Shown here: positions 1-23,390 of the stretch, in pieces
Position numbering within the stretch: position 1 is the stretch's first letter
Layout: each line of letters starts with the position of its first letter
The notes under the pieces: generated by a model
Seen by the model: the letters and a program-made list of their open reading frames with translations, nothing else
What the model was told of the DNA's origin: nothing
Database searches by the model: none
Assembly (NCBI RefSeq): GCF_009914755.1
Contig: NC_060940.1
Direction: 5' to 3' (one strand)
DNA from: the human T2T-CHM13v2.0 reference genome, Homo sapiens
Length of the DNA stretch: 64,000 nucleotides
Position numbers and translations under genes: made by a program

Positions 1-1965
<1,965 letters not shown>

Positions 1966-2304
1966 CTTACATTTTAAATTAGTTTTTTTTTGGAATAAAT
2001 AATAAATGTATGTGGGTAAAAACATGTTTTGAAAGCCCCAAATTATCTGCAAAGCTGGGTAACTCTCCCTCCCACCACAGCAACCCCTCCCCTTCCCATC
2101 ACTGACTACAATTCCTTCCAAATAGATTGTGTAATACAAAAAGAGATGCATACTTCTTAAGTCTATAGTCTTATGCAGAAATTCACCTTGATTTTGTTAA
2201 ATTGCTCTTTAGTATTCCATTCAATCAAATAACTCAATTAGGATATTTGGGCATTTCCAATTGTTTTCTATTACAACAATGGAACAACAAATACTTCTGT
2301 ACAG

Positions 2305-2660
2305 ACCAGCTATTCCTGAATATTAGGCATGCTTTTTTTTCCGCTTCCAAAATAATTACTCAGAAAAGATAGAGTCCCTGTATGTACGAGTTCTCATAAA
2401 AGGTCTTGCATTACCTGATGTTTTCTGATCATTTTAAACAAGGAAGTACTATTTGGGGAAGACACAATAGCCTGAAATGACCTCAGAGAATTTTAATTTG
2501 GGATGTTTATGGCAGTCATCCAAAAGAATTAGTTGGGGTGAAAAAGAGGCAAATTTAATGCAGATTTAGTAATTTTTCCTGGGGATATGACTTCACAATT
2601 CCAAGTGTTAAATAACACTGTAAACAAGTCCTTTCAAGATTACTTTGAAAGTGGTACTTT
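2305..2660 (+). mobile_element. Ancient pogo/Tigger-type (Tigger17-like) transposase relic
   Basis: Hand translation gives ILIWDVYGSH (from 2490) and, after a frameshift, ADLVIFPGDMTSQFQVLNNTVNKSFQDYFE (2560-2649). These resemble the DDE_1 motifs LLVLDxFxGH and IPGGxTSQLQxLDxxVNKPFK. Confidence 0.6.
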
Positions 2661-2974
2661 AGGCCAGGCATAGTGTCTCACGCCTGTCAATCCCAGCACT
2701 TTGGGAGGCCAAGCCGGGTGGATCACTTCAGGCCAGGAGTTCGAGACCAGCTTGACCAACATGGTGAAACCCCATCTCTACTAAAAATACAAAAATTAGC
2801 CAGGCATGGTGGCAGGTTCCTGTAATCCCAGCTACTCAGGAGGCTGAGGCAGGAGAATCGCTTGAACCTGGGAGGCGGAGGTTGCAGTGAGCCAAGATCA
2901 TGCAACTACACTCCAGCCTGGGTGACAGAGCAAACAAACAAACAAACTCAAAACAAACAAACAAAAAACAGACT

Positions 2975-3530
2975 AAATTAGGTAAAAGGTAAAAACAGTC
3001 CAAGTGTCCATGAACAGATGAACAGATAAAATGTGATCTAGCTATACAATGGAATATGATTCAGCCATAAAAGTGATGAAGTTCTGATACATGCTGCGAC
3101 ATGGATGAACCTTGAAAACATTATGCTGAGGGAGATACACCAGACACAAAAGAACAAATATTGTGAGAACTACCTAGAATAGGCGAATTCAGCCTGTGTG
3201 GTGGCTCATGCCTGTAATCTCAGCACTTTGGGAGGCCGAGGCAGTTGGATCAATTGAGTCCAGGAGTTCAAGACCAGCCTGGGCAACATGGTGAAACCAT
3301 ATCTCTCCAAAAAAAAAAAAAAATTAATTAGAATAGGAAAATTCATGGAGATAGAAAGGAGATTGGAAGTTCCCAGGGGTTGGGATTATGGAGAAATAAG
3401 GAGTTATTGCTTTATGGTTAGAGTCTCTAGGGTGATTTAAAGCTTTGGAAATGGTGATGGTTGTACAATATTATGAACGAAATTAACACCACTAAATTCA
3501 CTCTAAAAATGGATAAAATTGCAACTTTTT
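2975..3530 (+). mobile_element. Old L1M (L1MB-like) 3' end, interrupted by an Alu monomer (3191-3325)
   Basis: CAAGTGTCCATGAACAGATGAA...CAATGGAATATGATTCAGCCATAAAA...ATGGATGAACCTTGAAAACATTATGCT. Confidence 0.75.
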
Positions 3531-3594
3531 AAATATATAAAAACCACAATGTAAAACATCTTTTAAGAGAAACCTATGTAAAAACAAAAAATAA

Positions 3595-3687
<93 letters not shown>

Positions 3688-3698
3688 TAACCTGGCTA

Positions 3699-3931
<233 letters not shown>

Positions 3932-4089
3932 TCATAAAGAAAGAAATGAAGTCAAGGCCGGGCGTGGCTCACGCCTATAATCCCAGCACTTTGTGGGACC
4001 CAGGTGGATGGATCACCTGAGATCAGGAGTTGGAGATGAGATCACACCACTGCACTCCAGTCTGGGCAACAGAGTGAGGCCCTGTCTCA

Positions 4090-4564
<475 letters not shown>

Positions 4565-4701
4565 TAGCAGAGACGGCGTTTCACTGTATTAGCCAGGATG
4601 GTCTCGATCTCCTGACCTCGTGATCCACCTGCCTTGGCCTCCCAAAGTGCTGGGATTACAGGCGTGAGCCACCGCACCTGGCCTCATGTTCTGTTTCTTG
4701 A

Positions 4702-5113
<412 letters not shown>

Positions 5114-5380
5114 TGAAAAAAATGAAATATACCTGCAGGATGTAATATTTTGCAAGTAGATAATTGTGACTTGTGTTAAATTTCCAGGGACAGCATCTTA
5201 GGTGTTACAAACATTTAGATGGCAGTGACACTGGAAAGCTGAGAGACACTCAGACAGTGAGCACAGTGACAATGACGAAGAGAGGCAGATGCATGTGCAG
5301 AGAGTCATGTACAATGTAGACATACTCATTTAATGGAATATGACAGAGGGGACAAAGCTACATTTCTAAAGTTGTACCTA

Positions 5381-5554
<174 letters not shown>

Positions 5555-5557
5555 TCA

Positions 5558-5686
<129 letters not shown>

Positions 5687-5899
5687 CTAAATAAATAAAT
5701 ATAAATAAAAAGAAATGCAGGAGCTGGCATTTGGGAGTTGGGCCAGCACACCTGGGCCAGTAAAGGCAGGGGCCTGACTGCATCTGCCACACCCTAAAAT
5801 CATGTCTCCCCAGTGTGTCTTCTTGAGTGAATGAGAGAGCCAGCTGGTATAGGAAAGTGTGTTCCAGCAAATCATTTCACATTAGCCACAGGCCCAGTG

Positions 5900-6140
5900 A
5901 CAAGAGCTGTTTCTGGCTCATGGCTTTCCAGAACCCATCCTGCCTTCTTCTCATACCAGTACCTGGATTTTCCTTGGAGGAATCAAAGCCATGCTCAGTT
6001 TTCAGTCCCCTTGGTTGAGGAAAGGGTTGGCTTGACCTCTCAGATGCAAGGCTGGTCACATGATCCAGGCCTGGCCAATCAGCAGATTCCACCCTGCTGG
6101 CTATAGTGATTGGTTCAGAGATGACCGCATGACCCAAGGT
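5900..6140. mobile_element. LTR16-like (ERVL) fragment
   Basis: GGTCACATGATCCAGGCCTGGCCAATCAG...GTGATTGGTTCAG...CATGACCCAAG resembles the recalled LTR16 core. Confidence 0.45.
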
Positions 6141-7404
6141 TGCTGTGCCCCATCAAAGCTAACTTTGCAATGGCGCAATCTTGGCTCACTGCAACCTCCA
6201 CCTCCTGGGTTCAAGCGATTCTCCCGCCTCAGCCTCCTGAGTAGCTGGGATTACAGGTGCCCACCACCATGCCCAGCTAATATTTGTATTTTTAGTAGAG
6301 ATGGGGTTTCACCATGTTGACCAGGCTGGTCTTGAACTCCTGACCTCAGATGATCCACCCGCCTAGGCCTCCCAACGTGCTGGGATTACAGGTGTGAGCC
6401 ACCGGACCCAGCCAGAAAGGTGGTTTTCTGATGGGCTTGTGGATTCAGAGCTGCTGGATGCCATCCCACCTGGCTGAGCGGTGTGCATGTTGGAGATGTG
6501 GCCTGCCTGAGAGTCCCTGCAGGGGAAGTGAGATGGATTACTGGTGACACTGAAACCTGGATGCACTTAGGCCTAAAGTGAGATCTACCTCGCCACTGTT
6601 CAGATACCAGGACCAGTAAGTGCCCTTTTAAACTTAAGTCAGTCTGAGTTGGGCTTCAGTTGCTTGCAACCAATAGAGGGCTGACCAGTGCACCAAGGCA
6701 CCTTGACATATGTGGTCACTGAGAGTAATTGTGGGGCTTCCCTTTTTCAGATATTTTTGAGGAAGAATCACCAAACTGCATCTCCTACTGGGAGGTGCCC
6801 AGACTTGGATGTTCTCTCCCATCATGGAGGTTCACAGCAGCAAAGCCTGGGGAGACTGGCAGCCCATAGGCCAAAGAGGCCCCTGCCTTACCTGCACCAT
6901 TCCTTCCCTTTTCTCTCCTTTCTCTACAGGCCATTGGCCAGTGGCAGCAGCCTCCTCATCCTCTCCAGACACACTCTGGATCTTGGTTCTGCTCTTCTTG
7001 CCTCTGGAGAGCCCCAACACTCCCCATTCCCAGTTGACTCAGCTCAGGTATGTCCTCTTTGTGATGCCTACCTAGACAAGACACCCAAACAGAACCAGAA
7101 CCACTGATCCCTCCTTTGTGTTCCTACTGCATTGTTTGTATCCTTTTATTTAACGCAGAACTTGGCACTCACTATGATCAGTCATTTATTTCTTGCTTCT
7201 TTTTATTTACTGAATGTCTTCTGTGTTCCCAGGACTGTTTTGTGCATTGGGAATACAGCAAAGAACAACACAGAGAAAATCTATTTTCATGGAGTTTATA
7301 TTCTAGTAGGGAAACAGACGTAAAAATCAATACATCAGTGAACTACACATGGTGTGCCTGAGAGTAAGTGTTACTGAGAAAAATCGAGCAAGGAAAGAGG
7401 ACAG

Positions 7405-7774
7405 TGATATGGTTTGGCTGTGTCCCCACCCAAATCTCATCTTGAATTGTAGCTCTTATAATTCCCACCTGTTGTGGGAAGGATCCAGTGGGAGATAATC
7501 GAATCATGGGGGCGGTTTCCCCCATACTGTTCTCGTGGTAGTGAATAAGTCTCACAAAGTCTCATGGTTTTATAAGGGGAAACCCCTTTCACTTGCTTCT
7601 CATTCTTTTTGCCTGCCACCATGTAAGACGTGCCTTTATTCTTCCATCACCTTCCACCATGATTGTGAGGCCTCCCCAGCCATGTGGAACTGTGAGTCTA
7701 TTAAACCTCTTTCCTTTATAAATTACCGAGCCTCAGGTATGTCTTTATTAGAAGCATGATAACAAACTAATATA
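7405..7774 (+). mobile_element. THE1C-like solo LTR
   Basis: Starts TGATATGGTTTGGCTGTGTCCCCACCCAAATCTC and ends ACTAATATA. Perfect 5-bp TSD GACAG. Confidence 0.92.
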
Positions 7775-7825
7775 GACAGGGAGGGCTGGAATGTGGAGGG
7801 AGGGTATGCTTTGAAATAATGTGGT

Positions 7826-8597
<772 letters not shown>

Positions 8598-8899
8598 TGT
8601 GATCAGGGAAAGTCTTCCTTAGAAGGTCATCTTTGAGTAAAGGCCTGCAGGAGATTAGGAAGTGTAGTGGGTTGAATGGTGGCCCTGAAAAGATGCATCC
8701 ACATCCTATTACCCAAAACCTATGAATGTAACCTTATTTAACAAAAGGTCTTTGAAGATGTCATTAAGGATCTCAAGATGAGATCATCCAGGTTTATCCA
8801 AGTGGGCCCTAAGTCCAATGACAAGTATCTTACAAGAAAAACACACAGAGGGGTGGGCGTGGTGGCTCACGCCTGTAAGGAGGCCAAGGCAGGTGATCA

Positions 8900-9295
<396 letters not shown>

Positions 9296-9398
9296 TCAGA
9301 GGAAGTGTGTCCTTTGATCTAGGAATTTGGGGCTCCAAAACTGAGAATAAATTTCTGTTCTTAAGTCACCAAGTTTGTGGTAGTTTGACATGGCAGCC

Positions 9399-10146
9399 TG
9401 TCTTAGTCCCTTTGTGTGGCCATAGGGGATTACCTGAGGCTGGGTAATTTATTGAGAAAAGAGTTTTATTAGGCTGACAGTTCTGCAGGCTGTACCAGAA
9501 GCATGGCGCCGGCCTCTGCTCAGCTTCTGGGGAGAGCTTTGTGCTGCTTCCACTTATGGCAGAAGGCTAAGGGGAGCCAGCATACAGTGATCACATGCTG
9601 AAAGTGAAATGGAGAAAAAGAGGAGGACGTGCCCAGCTCTTCTCAACAACTGCTTCTCATGGGAACTGAGTGAGAACTCACCCACTTCCATGAGAATGGC
9701 ACCAAGCCAGGCTGGGCGGAGTGGCTCACGCCTGTAATCCCAGCACTTTGGGAGGCCAAGATGAGAGGATCATGAGGTCAGGAGATCGAGACCATCCTGG
9801 TTAACACAGTGAAACCCCGTCTCTATTAAAAACACAAAAAAATTAGCCGGGCGTGGTGGCGGGTGCCTGTAGTCCCAGCTACTCAGTAGGCTGAGGTGGG
9901 AGAATGGCATGAACCCAGGAAGCGGAGTTTGCAGTGAGCCGAGATCGCGCTACTGCACTCCAGCCTGGGCAACAGAGCAAGACTCCATCTCAAAAAAACA
10001 AACAAAAAAAGAATGGCACCAAGCCATTTACGAGGGATCCACCCCTGTGATCCAAACACCTCCCACCAGACCCTACCTCCAGCATTAGGGATCAGATTTC
10101 AAGATGAGACTAGGCAGGGCCAAATAAACCATACCCAACCACAGCA
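9399..10146 (-). mobile_element. MSTB-family solo LTR nested in the MLT1C 5' LTR (carries an AluY-like insertion at ~9710-10009)
   Basis: TGTCTTAGTCC...CCAACCACAGCA termini, TSD cagcc/cagtc. The inner Alu is flanked by the TSD gaatggcaccaagcca. Confidence 0.8.
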
Positions 10147-10324
10147 CAGTCCTGGAAACAAATATGGATTTCGGTACTAGGCGTGGGTTGCTGCTGTAAC
10201 AAATACCTAAAATGAGGAAATAGCTTTGGAATTGGATAATGGGTAGAGGCTGGAAGAATTTGGAGGTACATAATAGAAAAAAGCCTACATTGCCTTGAGT
10301 AGACTGTTGGTAAAAAAAAATATA

Positions 10325-10325
10325 T

Positions 10326-10364
<39 letters not shown>

Positions 10365-10370
10365 TAGATA
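10325..10370. repeat. (GATA)n microsatellite
   Basis: Run of tagatagata repeats. Confidence 0.9.
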
Positions 10371-10387
10371 TTAAAGATGCTGATGTT

Positions 10388-12808
<2,421 letters not shown>

Positions 12809-14089
12809 TCATGAATTTGGGGGCACTTGAGAATGGACTGTGGTGGGTTGGATGGTGGCCCCCAAAAAGATATGTCAGTGTCCTAGTCCCCAAAATCTGT
12901 GAATGTAACCTTATTTGGGAAAAGAGTTCTTGCAGTTAAGGATCTCTAGATGGTAGATTATCCAGGTGGACCCTAATCCAACGACAAGTATCATTATAAG
13001 AAACACACAAAGGAAGACAGATGGAGAGGAGAGGGCCATGTGAAGACAGAGGCAGCCATAAGCCAAGGAACATGGAGCCACCAGAAGCTGGAAGATGCTG
13101 GAATTCTCCCTTGGAGCCTTTGGAAGGGGAGTGATTTTGGACCTCTGGCCTCCAGAACTGTACGAGAATGAAATTCTTTTGTTTGAGCCACCACGTTTGT
13201 GTCATTTGTTATGGCAGCCATGGGAGACTAATACAGGAAGAAAATAATGTGGCCCTGTGGTGAGGAATGTTCCAGGAAGAGGGACTGGCACGGCCAGAGG
13301 CCCTGAGGCAGGGATTGTGCTTGGTGAGTTATGGAAAAGCAAGGAGCCACAGCAGCTGGAGCCGATTGAACGGGGACAGTGGCGGGAGTGAGGTCAGAGG
13401 GGGTGGCGGGAGTGAGGTCAGAGGGGCTGCCGGGGACCAGATGATGTGAGATCCTGTAGAACCTTGTTGGCTTTTACCTGGAGTGAGGTGCAGCAGATGA
13501 GTGACACAGTTGGACTTTCAGCTTAAATAAACAAAGGAATAAATGAGCACACAGCAGCCATCCCATCACATCCCAGTTACTTCCCCGTCTGTCTACCCTG
13601 CTAAACCATGGATGCTCCTGAGGGCAGGGGCTATGCCTTAAGATTTTTTCTTTTGCATCCTTACGGTCCAACACTAACAATCAAAGAGCTCCTACAAATC
13701 AATAAGAAAAACAAATAGGTAAAAGAAAAAGAAATTCAAGTGTCTAACAAACATGAAAAGAGGCTGGCTCGGCTGGGCGCGGTGGTTCATGCCTGTAATC
13801 CCAGCACTTTGGGAGGCTGAGGTGGGCAGATCACGAGGTCAGGAGATCGAGACCATCCTGGCTAACACGGTGAAACCCCGTCTCTATTAAAATACAAAAA
13901 AATTAGCCGGGCGTGGTGGCAGGTTCCTGTAGTCCCAGCTACTCAGGAGGCTGAGGCAGGAGAATGGCGTGAACCCAGGAGGCGGAGCTTGCAGTGAGCC
14001 GAGATCGCGCCACTGCACTCCAGCCTGGGCAACACAGTGAGACTCTGTCTCAAAAAAAAAAAAAAAGAAAAGAAAAGAGGCTGGCTCAA

Positions 14090-15360
<1,271 letters not shown>

Positions 15361-15754
15361 AGAAGAAACACGAGGCTCAGTGATCAAGGACGTGCAAATT
15401 ACAAGACACTATGTTCCATGCACTGGACTGCCAAAACTGTTAAAAACTAGTGGTATGCAGTGTATGCAAGGGTGTGGGCATTGTCCTATACTATAGATGA
15501 CGGGGCCTGTGGCGATAGCCCCACTAAAGTCAGCAGCTCTAATCTTGTGCGCTTCCTTCCTGTCCCCTCCTGTCCTGAGCATCCCCTGCTTTACATACCA
15601 TGTATACAATGTCGCATCCTGTTTTCCCCTCAGTGTTACAGTTTCTATCAGTATTTATTTCCCCGCTGCTTTAAAAATTCTTTGTAAACATGGTACTTAA
15701 AAGAAAACAGGTACTGTAGGATCTGGGTGTTGTTTTTTTTCTTTAAAAACTTAA

Positions 15755-16003
<249 letters not shown>

Positions 16004-17283
16004 TAAAAATCCCCACCACCTTGACATGTGACGCTTCTCCTTCCTGCCTTTTCCATGCACATGCATGTGGACACACATGAACACAGATTGCTGTTTGTAT
16101 TATTTTTTTCTTTTTTTGAGACGGAGTCTCACTCTGTCATCCAGGCTGGAATGCAGTGGCGTCATCTCGGCTCATTGCAACCTCTGCCTCCCAGATTCAA
16201 GCAATTCTTCTGCCTCAGCCTCCTGAATAGCTGGGATTACAGGCATGTGCCACCAAGCCCGGCTAATTTTTTTGGTATTTTTTAGTACAGTCAGGGTTTC
16301 ACCATATTGGCCAGGCTGGTCTTGAACTCCTGACCTTGTGATCTGCCCACCTCGGCCTCCCAAAGTGCTGGGATTATAGGCGTGAGCCACCGCGCCCGGC
16401 CTGCTGTTTGCATTTTAACAGCATTGAGATCCTATAGGATTTTGTGTTTTATTACTTGCCTACTTAATAGAATTTTTCTAGAGCATAGTTTTACAGGCTA
16501 CCTGGTTCTCTATAGAGGGACTACATTATGTCTCTGTTGTTGGGGTCCAGGGAGGGTCAGCTTGGGGCTTACTGTGCCCTTGGGGAGCCCTGGTTGGAGA
16601 CAGGTCCACAGACACAGATATTAGAGGTGTGCAGGCCCCTGGGCTTGGAAGGCCTGGCAGAAGCACTCACTGACCCTGGAGGGGGTTCATCCATTCCCTG
16701 GCCCCCACCTGGCTACGGCGGCAGCCCCCACCAGCGCCTAGTGCCAGGGCTCAGCTGGGAGCCGGGCGGATAATCGCTGTCCCCTCAGTGGAACACTGCC
16801 TGTCCTGGCTCATCCTGAGCTGTCCTGAGCTGCCCTCGCTGGGCTGGGTGGGGTGAGGCTGGGCCTTGAGTCCCCCTGAGAGCCACGGGAAGAGCCAGTG
16901 CCTGGGGCCAGCAAACAGGAGTCTTGCTTCAGCAAGGCTTTTGGCCCAAGAAGCATCCTCAGTCCGGCCCTCGGCCCGGAGGAAACCCCTGCGCAGCAGG
17001 GCTTATTGTGTTTCAGGATTTCCCGTTTCCTGACCGCCTAACCTATTTATGGGCCACAATGGTTGCTTCCCCAGGGAGACCCCTACTGTACTCAGGAGGC
17101 CTCAGGACTCGGCCCACATCTCACAGGTCCAGCCTGGGCTTGGCCCGGGGCAGGGATAGTCAATGGGTGTCACCTCATGTGGTAATTCCATCAGTAGATA
17201 GAACCTGCCAAGGTGAAACGTTGAGGATTCTGAGGCTCTGTCTGGGCTCTACAAGAAAGAGTGTGACGGTCCATCAGCCGTGA

Positions 17284-17696
<413 letters not shown>

Positions 17697-17997
17697 TAGT
17701 AGAGACAGGGTTTCACTATGTTGACCAAGCTCATCTCAACTCTTGGCCTTAAGTGATCCACCCACCTCAGCCTCCCAAAGTGCTGGGATTACTGGCTTGA
17801 GCCACAGTGCCCAGCCTAAATTCCTTTCTAATCTCATCTCCTGCCTCCCTTCCATATCCCTGCCCTCCAGCCACAGGTCCAATCTCTTCCTGTCTGTGCC
17901 CTGCCTCTCCCTGCCTCAGGCCCTTTGCTCAGGCTGCCCCTTTTCCTAACCTTCCTTCCCCTCATCTTCAGCAATTACAGCAGGCAGCTTTGTCTAA

Positions 17998-18468
<471 letters not shown>

Positions 18469-19475
18469 AACTGGGCAATTCTTACTGAACCTTCAAGACC
18501 CCAATTCAAATGTCACCTTTTCTGGGAGGCTTTCCTGTGCCCTCAAGATTGGGCCACACTCCCCCGCCCCACCGCATCTCTTTTTTTTTTGAGACCGAGT
18601 CTTGCTCAGTTACCCAGGCTGGAGTGTAATGGCGTGATTTTGGCTCACTGCAAGCTCCGCCTCCCGGGTTCACGCCATCCTGGTGCCTCAGCCTCCTGAG
18701 TAGCTGGGACTACAGACGCCCGCCACCATGCCCAGCTAATTTTTTTTGTATTTTTAGTAGAGACAGGGTTTCACCATGTTAGCCAGGATGGTCTCGATCT
18801 CCTGACCTCGTGATCCACCCGCCTTGGCCTCCCAAAGTGCTGGGATTACAGGCGTGAGCCACCGCGCCCGGCCACTCCCTCCCATCTCTGATGTACATTC
18901 AGTGGGAGAGATTGCCAAGTCTGTGGGCATCAAGCTCCCCAGAAGCAGAGCCAGAGATGGGAAATCTTGTGTAGGAGTTTTACTGAGATCTCAAGAAACC
19001 TGTGAGAGTGAGAAGCAGGGCAGGGCTGGGCCAAGATGTGATTTTGGGAGAAATCTTGCCCCAGCCTGATATGAAGGGGAGTTTCAGGGCACCAATGGCA
19101 CCAAAGAGGCTGTGAAATCAAGAGGCAAGGGGACTGGGTTGCTCTACACCCCCACCCCACACCCCCACCCAACCCACACTGCTGGCCTTCAACCATCGCT
19201 CATAACCTCCTGGGCAGGTCCAGTAGCATGGCTCCCATCAGCCAAAGGCGTCCTCTGGAGAGCGTCTAGCTCCTGGCAGCTCACAGCTGCAGTGGCTAAG
19301 GGAAGGCGGCACCAACCCGGGGAGATGGGGGCAGTGTCCATGTCCCCACCAAGTGTCAACTCCCCAGGGCAGGTATGGTGTCCGCAGAGCTCAGACTGGG
19401 CACCAGAAAGCACAGAGTTTAGCGTCTGATGAGCTAAGCTGAGTCCAGGGAGGGCAACAACTTCTGGGCTGCTAT

Positions 19476-20097
19476 TGAAACTGCCTTTGCAAAATTATGA
19501 CTGAGACAGTGAAACAGATCTAACTTAACTGACTCCATCTTGCTTCTAATCTCCAAGCTGTCCTTGTTCATTTCTGGGCGTAGGCTGAACTAACTTTGGG
19601 AGAAAGTTAGTTCATAGTTTATAGTTTAAACAAAGACGGTAACAGCACTTTCCCAAAACAGACCTCCTTCTCGCCTGGGGACTAGATTGCCTTTGTAGGA
19701 CTAACATTAGCCACAAGATTAGAAATTATGGTTTAGGAGTCACGCAGCTGGAGATTCTGACAAGATTCTGACCTTCCCTAATCTGCTCAGTGCTTGAGAT
19801 ATTTTGCAGACTCTGCACTTGATGGATCAATTGGCACCACCCAGATCAATAAACTGGCTCATCTGATCTGATTGCTATGATTTCATCCCTGACGAATCAG
19901 CACTCCTGGCTCACTGGCTTCCCCCCACCCACCAAGTTATCCTTAAGAACTCTGCTTCCCTAATGCTCGGGGAGACTGATTTGAGTAATAATAAAACCCT
20001 GATCTCCCGCACAGCTGGCTCTGCGTGAATTACTCTTTCTCTATTGCAGTCAGCTCTGTCTAGGCAGCAGGCAAGGTGGACCCCTTGGGCAGTTACA
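19476..20097 (+). mobile_element. LTR8 (ERV1) solo LTR
   Basis: TGAAACTGCCTTTGCAAAATTATGACTGAGACAG start and ...GGGCAGTTACA end, an internal AATAAA, and a 4-bp TSD ctat/gtat. Confidence 0.88.
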
Positions 20098-20458
20098 GTA
20101 TTGGCTGACTCTGTGGCTGGTGGAGGCCCCCTTCCACCCTAGTACCTTCCCAGCAAGCCTGGGGCCTCATCTTGTGGCTGCGTCCCATCCTCCCAGCCCT
20201 TGGTTGTGCTGGCCAGCCTGGCTGGGTGTCCAGCAGGCTCTGGGAAGGCGGTGGGCCTCTGGGCAGATGTTCTGGTTTGGGATCTTTCCCCCGCCCCAGC
20301 CACCTTCCACTCCCCTCCCTGCCTTAGGCATCATCCCTAAAAAAGTCACCTCTAGACTGGCACACAGCTCCCCAGAACCCCTCCTCCTGGAAGCCTCCCC
20401 AGACTGGCTCAGCCCTGGGACCGCTCAGCTCCGTTTCCCACCCCAGTGACAGCTTTAG

Positions 20459-21383
<925 letters not shown>

Positions 21384-22432
21384 TGTTGAGAGGCTGCGTG
21401 CCCCTGGGCAAATATACATTATTAACCGTGGTGTTTATACTGGGAGGAGCGGGCAGAGATGAGCGCTGGGGAAGGCCTGAGTCCCTCTGAGCAGCCTGTG
21501 GGATCCATGAATCCGAACAGGGATCCATGCCCAGGGGCAGGGAGGGATCTCCGGAAACCTCAGCTTCTCCTTGCAGCTGAGCCCCTCATTTAAGGAGGGC
21601 AGGGAAATGGCGGTGGGGCTTGGGGACGGCGGAGGAGAGAGAGGAAGAGGGGTGTGTCTGTGCTGATAGCCCCTCCACGAGCCAATCTGCCTGGGAGAAG
21701 GAAGAGAGAAAAACAGCCCATTCCTGGACCACCAGGCAGGGGGCTGGAGCCCCAGCTCTGGCCGGATGTGCTTTGCAACCTTAAGCACTAGGCCTGGGGC
21801 CTCAGGCTCACCAAATGAATGACAAGGGGTTGGACCAGGTGACTTGATAGGATTCTTTGGCCTGGGACAACCTGCTGAACATCCCTGAGGCAAGGAAGGG
21901 CCTCAGGTCCTACAGGCAGAGGAGGAGCAGCTAGTTGCCCAGGGGACAGAAACTGAGTCCCAGAGCCTGGAGGGAGGATGAGGGGGCCAGGCCTCGGTGT
22001 GACGTGGGGCAACAGCACAGGGTTGGGAGAGATGCCCTGAAGTGAGGCAGACCTGGGTTCTGGTCTCAAGTCAGCTACTTGCCAGCTGCAAGCCACTTTA
22101 CACCCCTGAGCCTCGGGCTCCCCACGTGGGATGCGGGGACAATAGCAGCACCTGCCTCGAAGGTTGCTATGAGAGCAATTGGTAGCTAAGAGAACCGAGA
22201 CATGTTCCTGCCCCTTTCCACGTTGGCTTCTCTGTGACACATCAGCCCTAGGGAAGCAGGGCCAGTGCCACCCCACATGCAGGTGGCAACACTGAGGCTC
22301 CAGGGGGTCGATTCAGGCCGGTTTCTTTCCCCGTTTATACACCCTGCTTCTCTCCAGCATCCACGACTACAGGTGATGGCCACGCTACTCCCATGTCCTC
22401 ACATGCACCTGGGTTACATCAGCGGCAGCCAT

Positions 22433-23390
22433 GCGTGCACATGCACACTCACACACGCACACTCACACTCAAACACACATGCACACTCACACTCAAACAC
22501 ATGTACACTCACACGCACACTCACAAACATGTACACTCACACTCAAATGCACTCACACTCGAACACACATTCACAAACACACACGGACACTCATACTCAA
22601 ACATGCACACTCACACTCGAACACACATTCACACTCAAACACACTCCCACTTACACATGGATACTCACACTCGAACACACATTCACACTCAAACACCCAC
22701 ATGCACACTCACACTCGAACACAAACGAACACACACGTACACTCACACTCTAACACATTCACTCAAATGCACAATCACACTTGAACACACACTCGCACAC
22801 GCACTCATACACACATGCACACTCAAACACATGCACACTCACACCACGTGCACATGCATACTCACCCTAACACACATTCACACTCAAACACGTACACATG
22901 CATACCCTAACACACATTCACACTCAAACACACACGTACCCTCGCATTTGAACACACACAGGTACACATACACTAACATTCACACACACGCATAATCACA
23001 CTTGAACACACAAGTGCACACTCGAACACACATGCACACACACTCGAACACATGCACCCTCACTCAAACACACGTACACACAAACGTTCACACATGCATG
23101 CTCATACTAAGTCACACCCATGCACACACTCGCAACTGCACACACAAACTACACTGCACGTGCACAAACATGCTCACATATGCACACATTCTCACACACA
23201 TCCACGCACACATGAACACACAATCATGCACTCACACACCACACACATTCACTCACATACACACACACATTCACTCACACACATTTACTCACTCTCACGC
23301 ATGCACACACACTCATACACACACTCTCAAACACACATACTCACACATTCTCACACACACACTCATACACTTGCACACATACACCCTCAC
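22433..23390. repeat. Degenerate (CA)n / CA-rich low-complexity tract
   Basis: Recurrent cacactc(a/g)aacacacat motifs produce the His/Thr-rich ORF artefacts. Confidence 0.93.
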
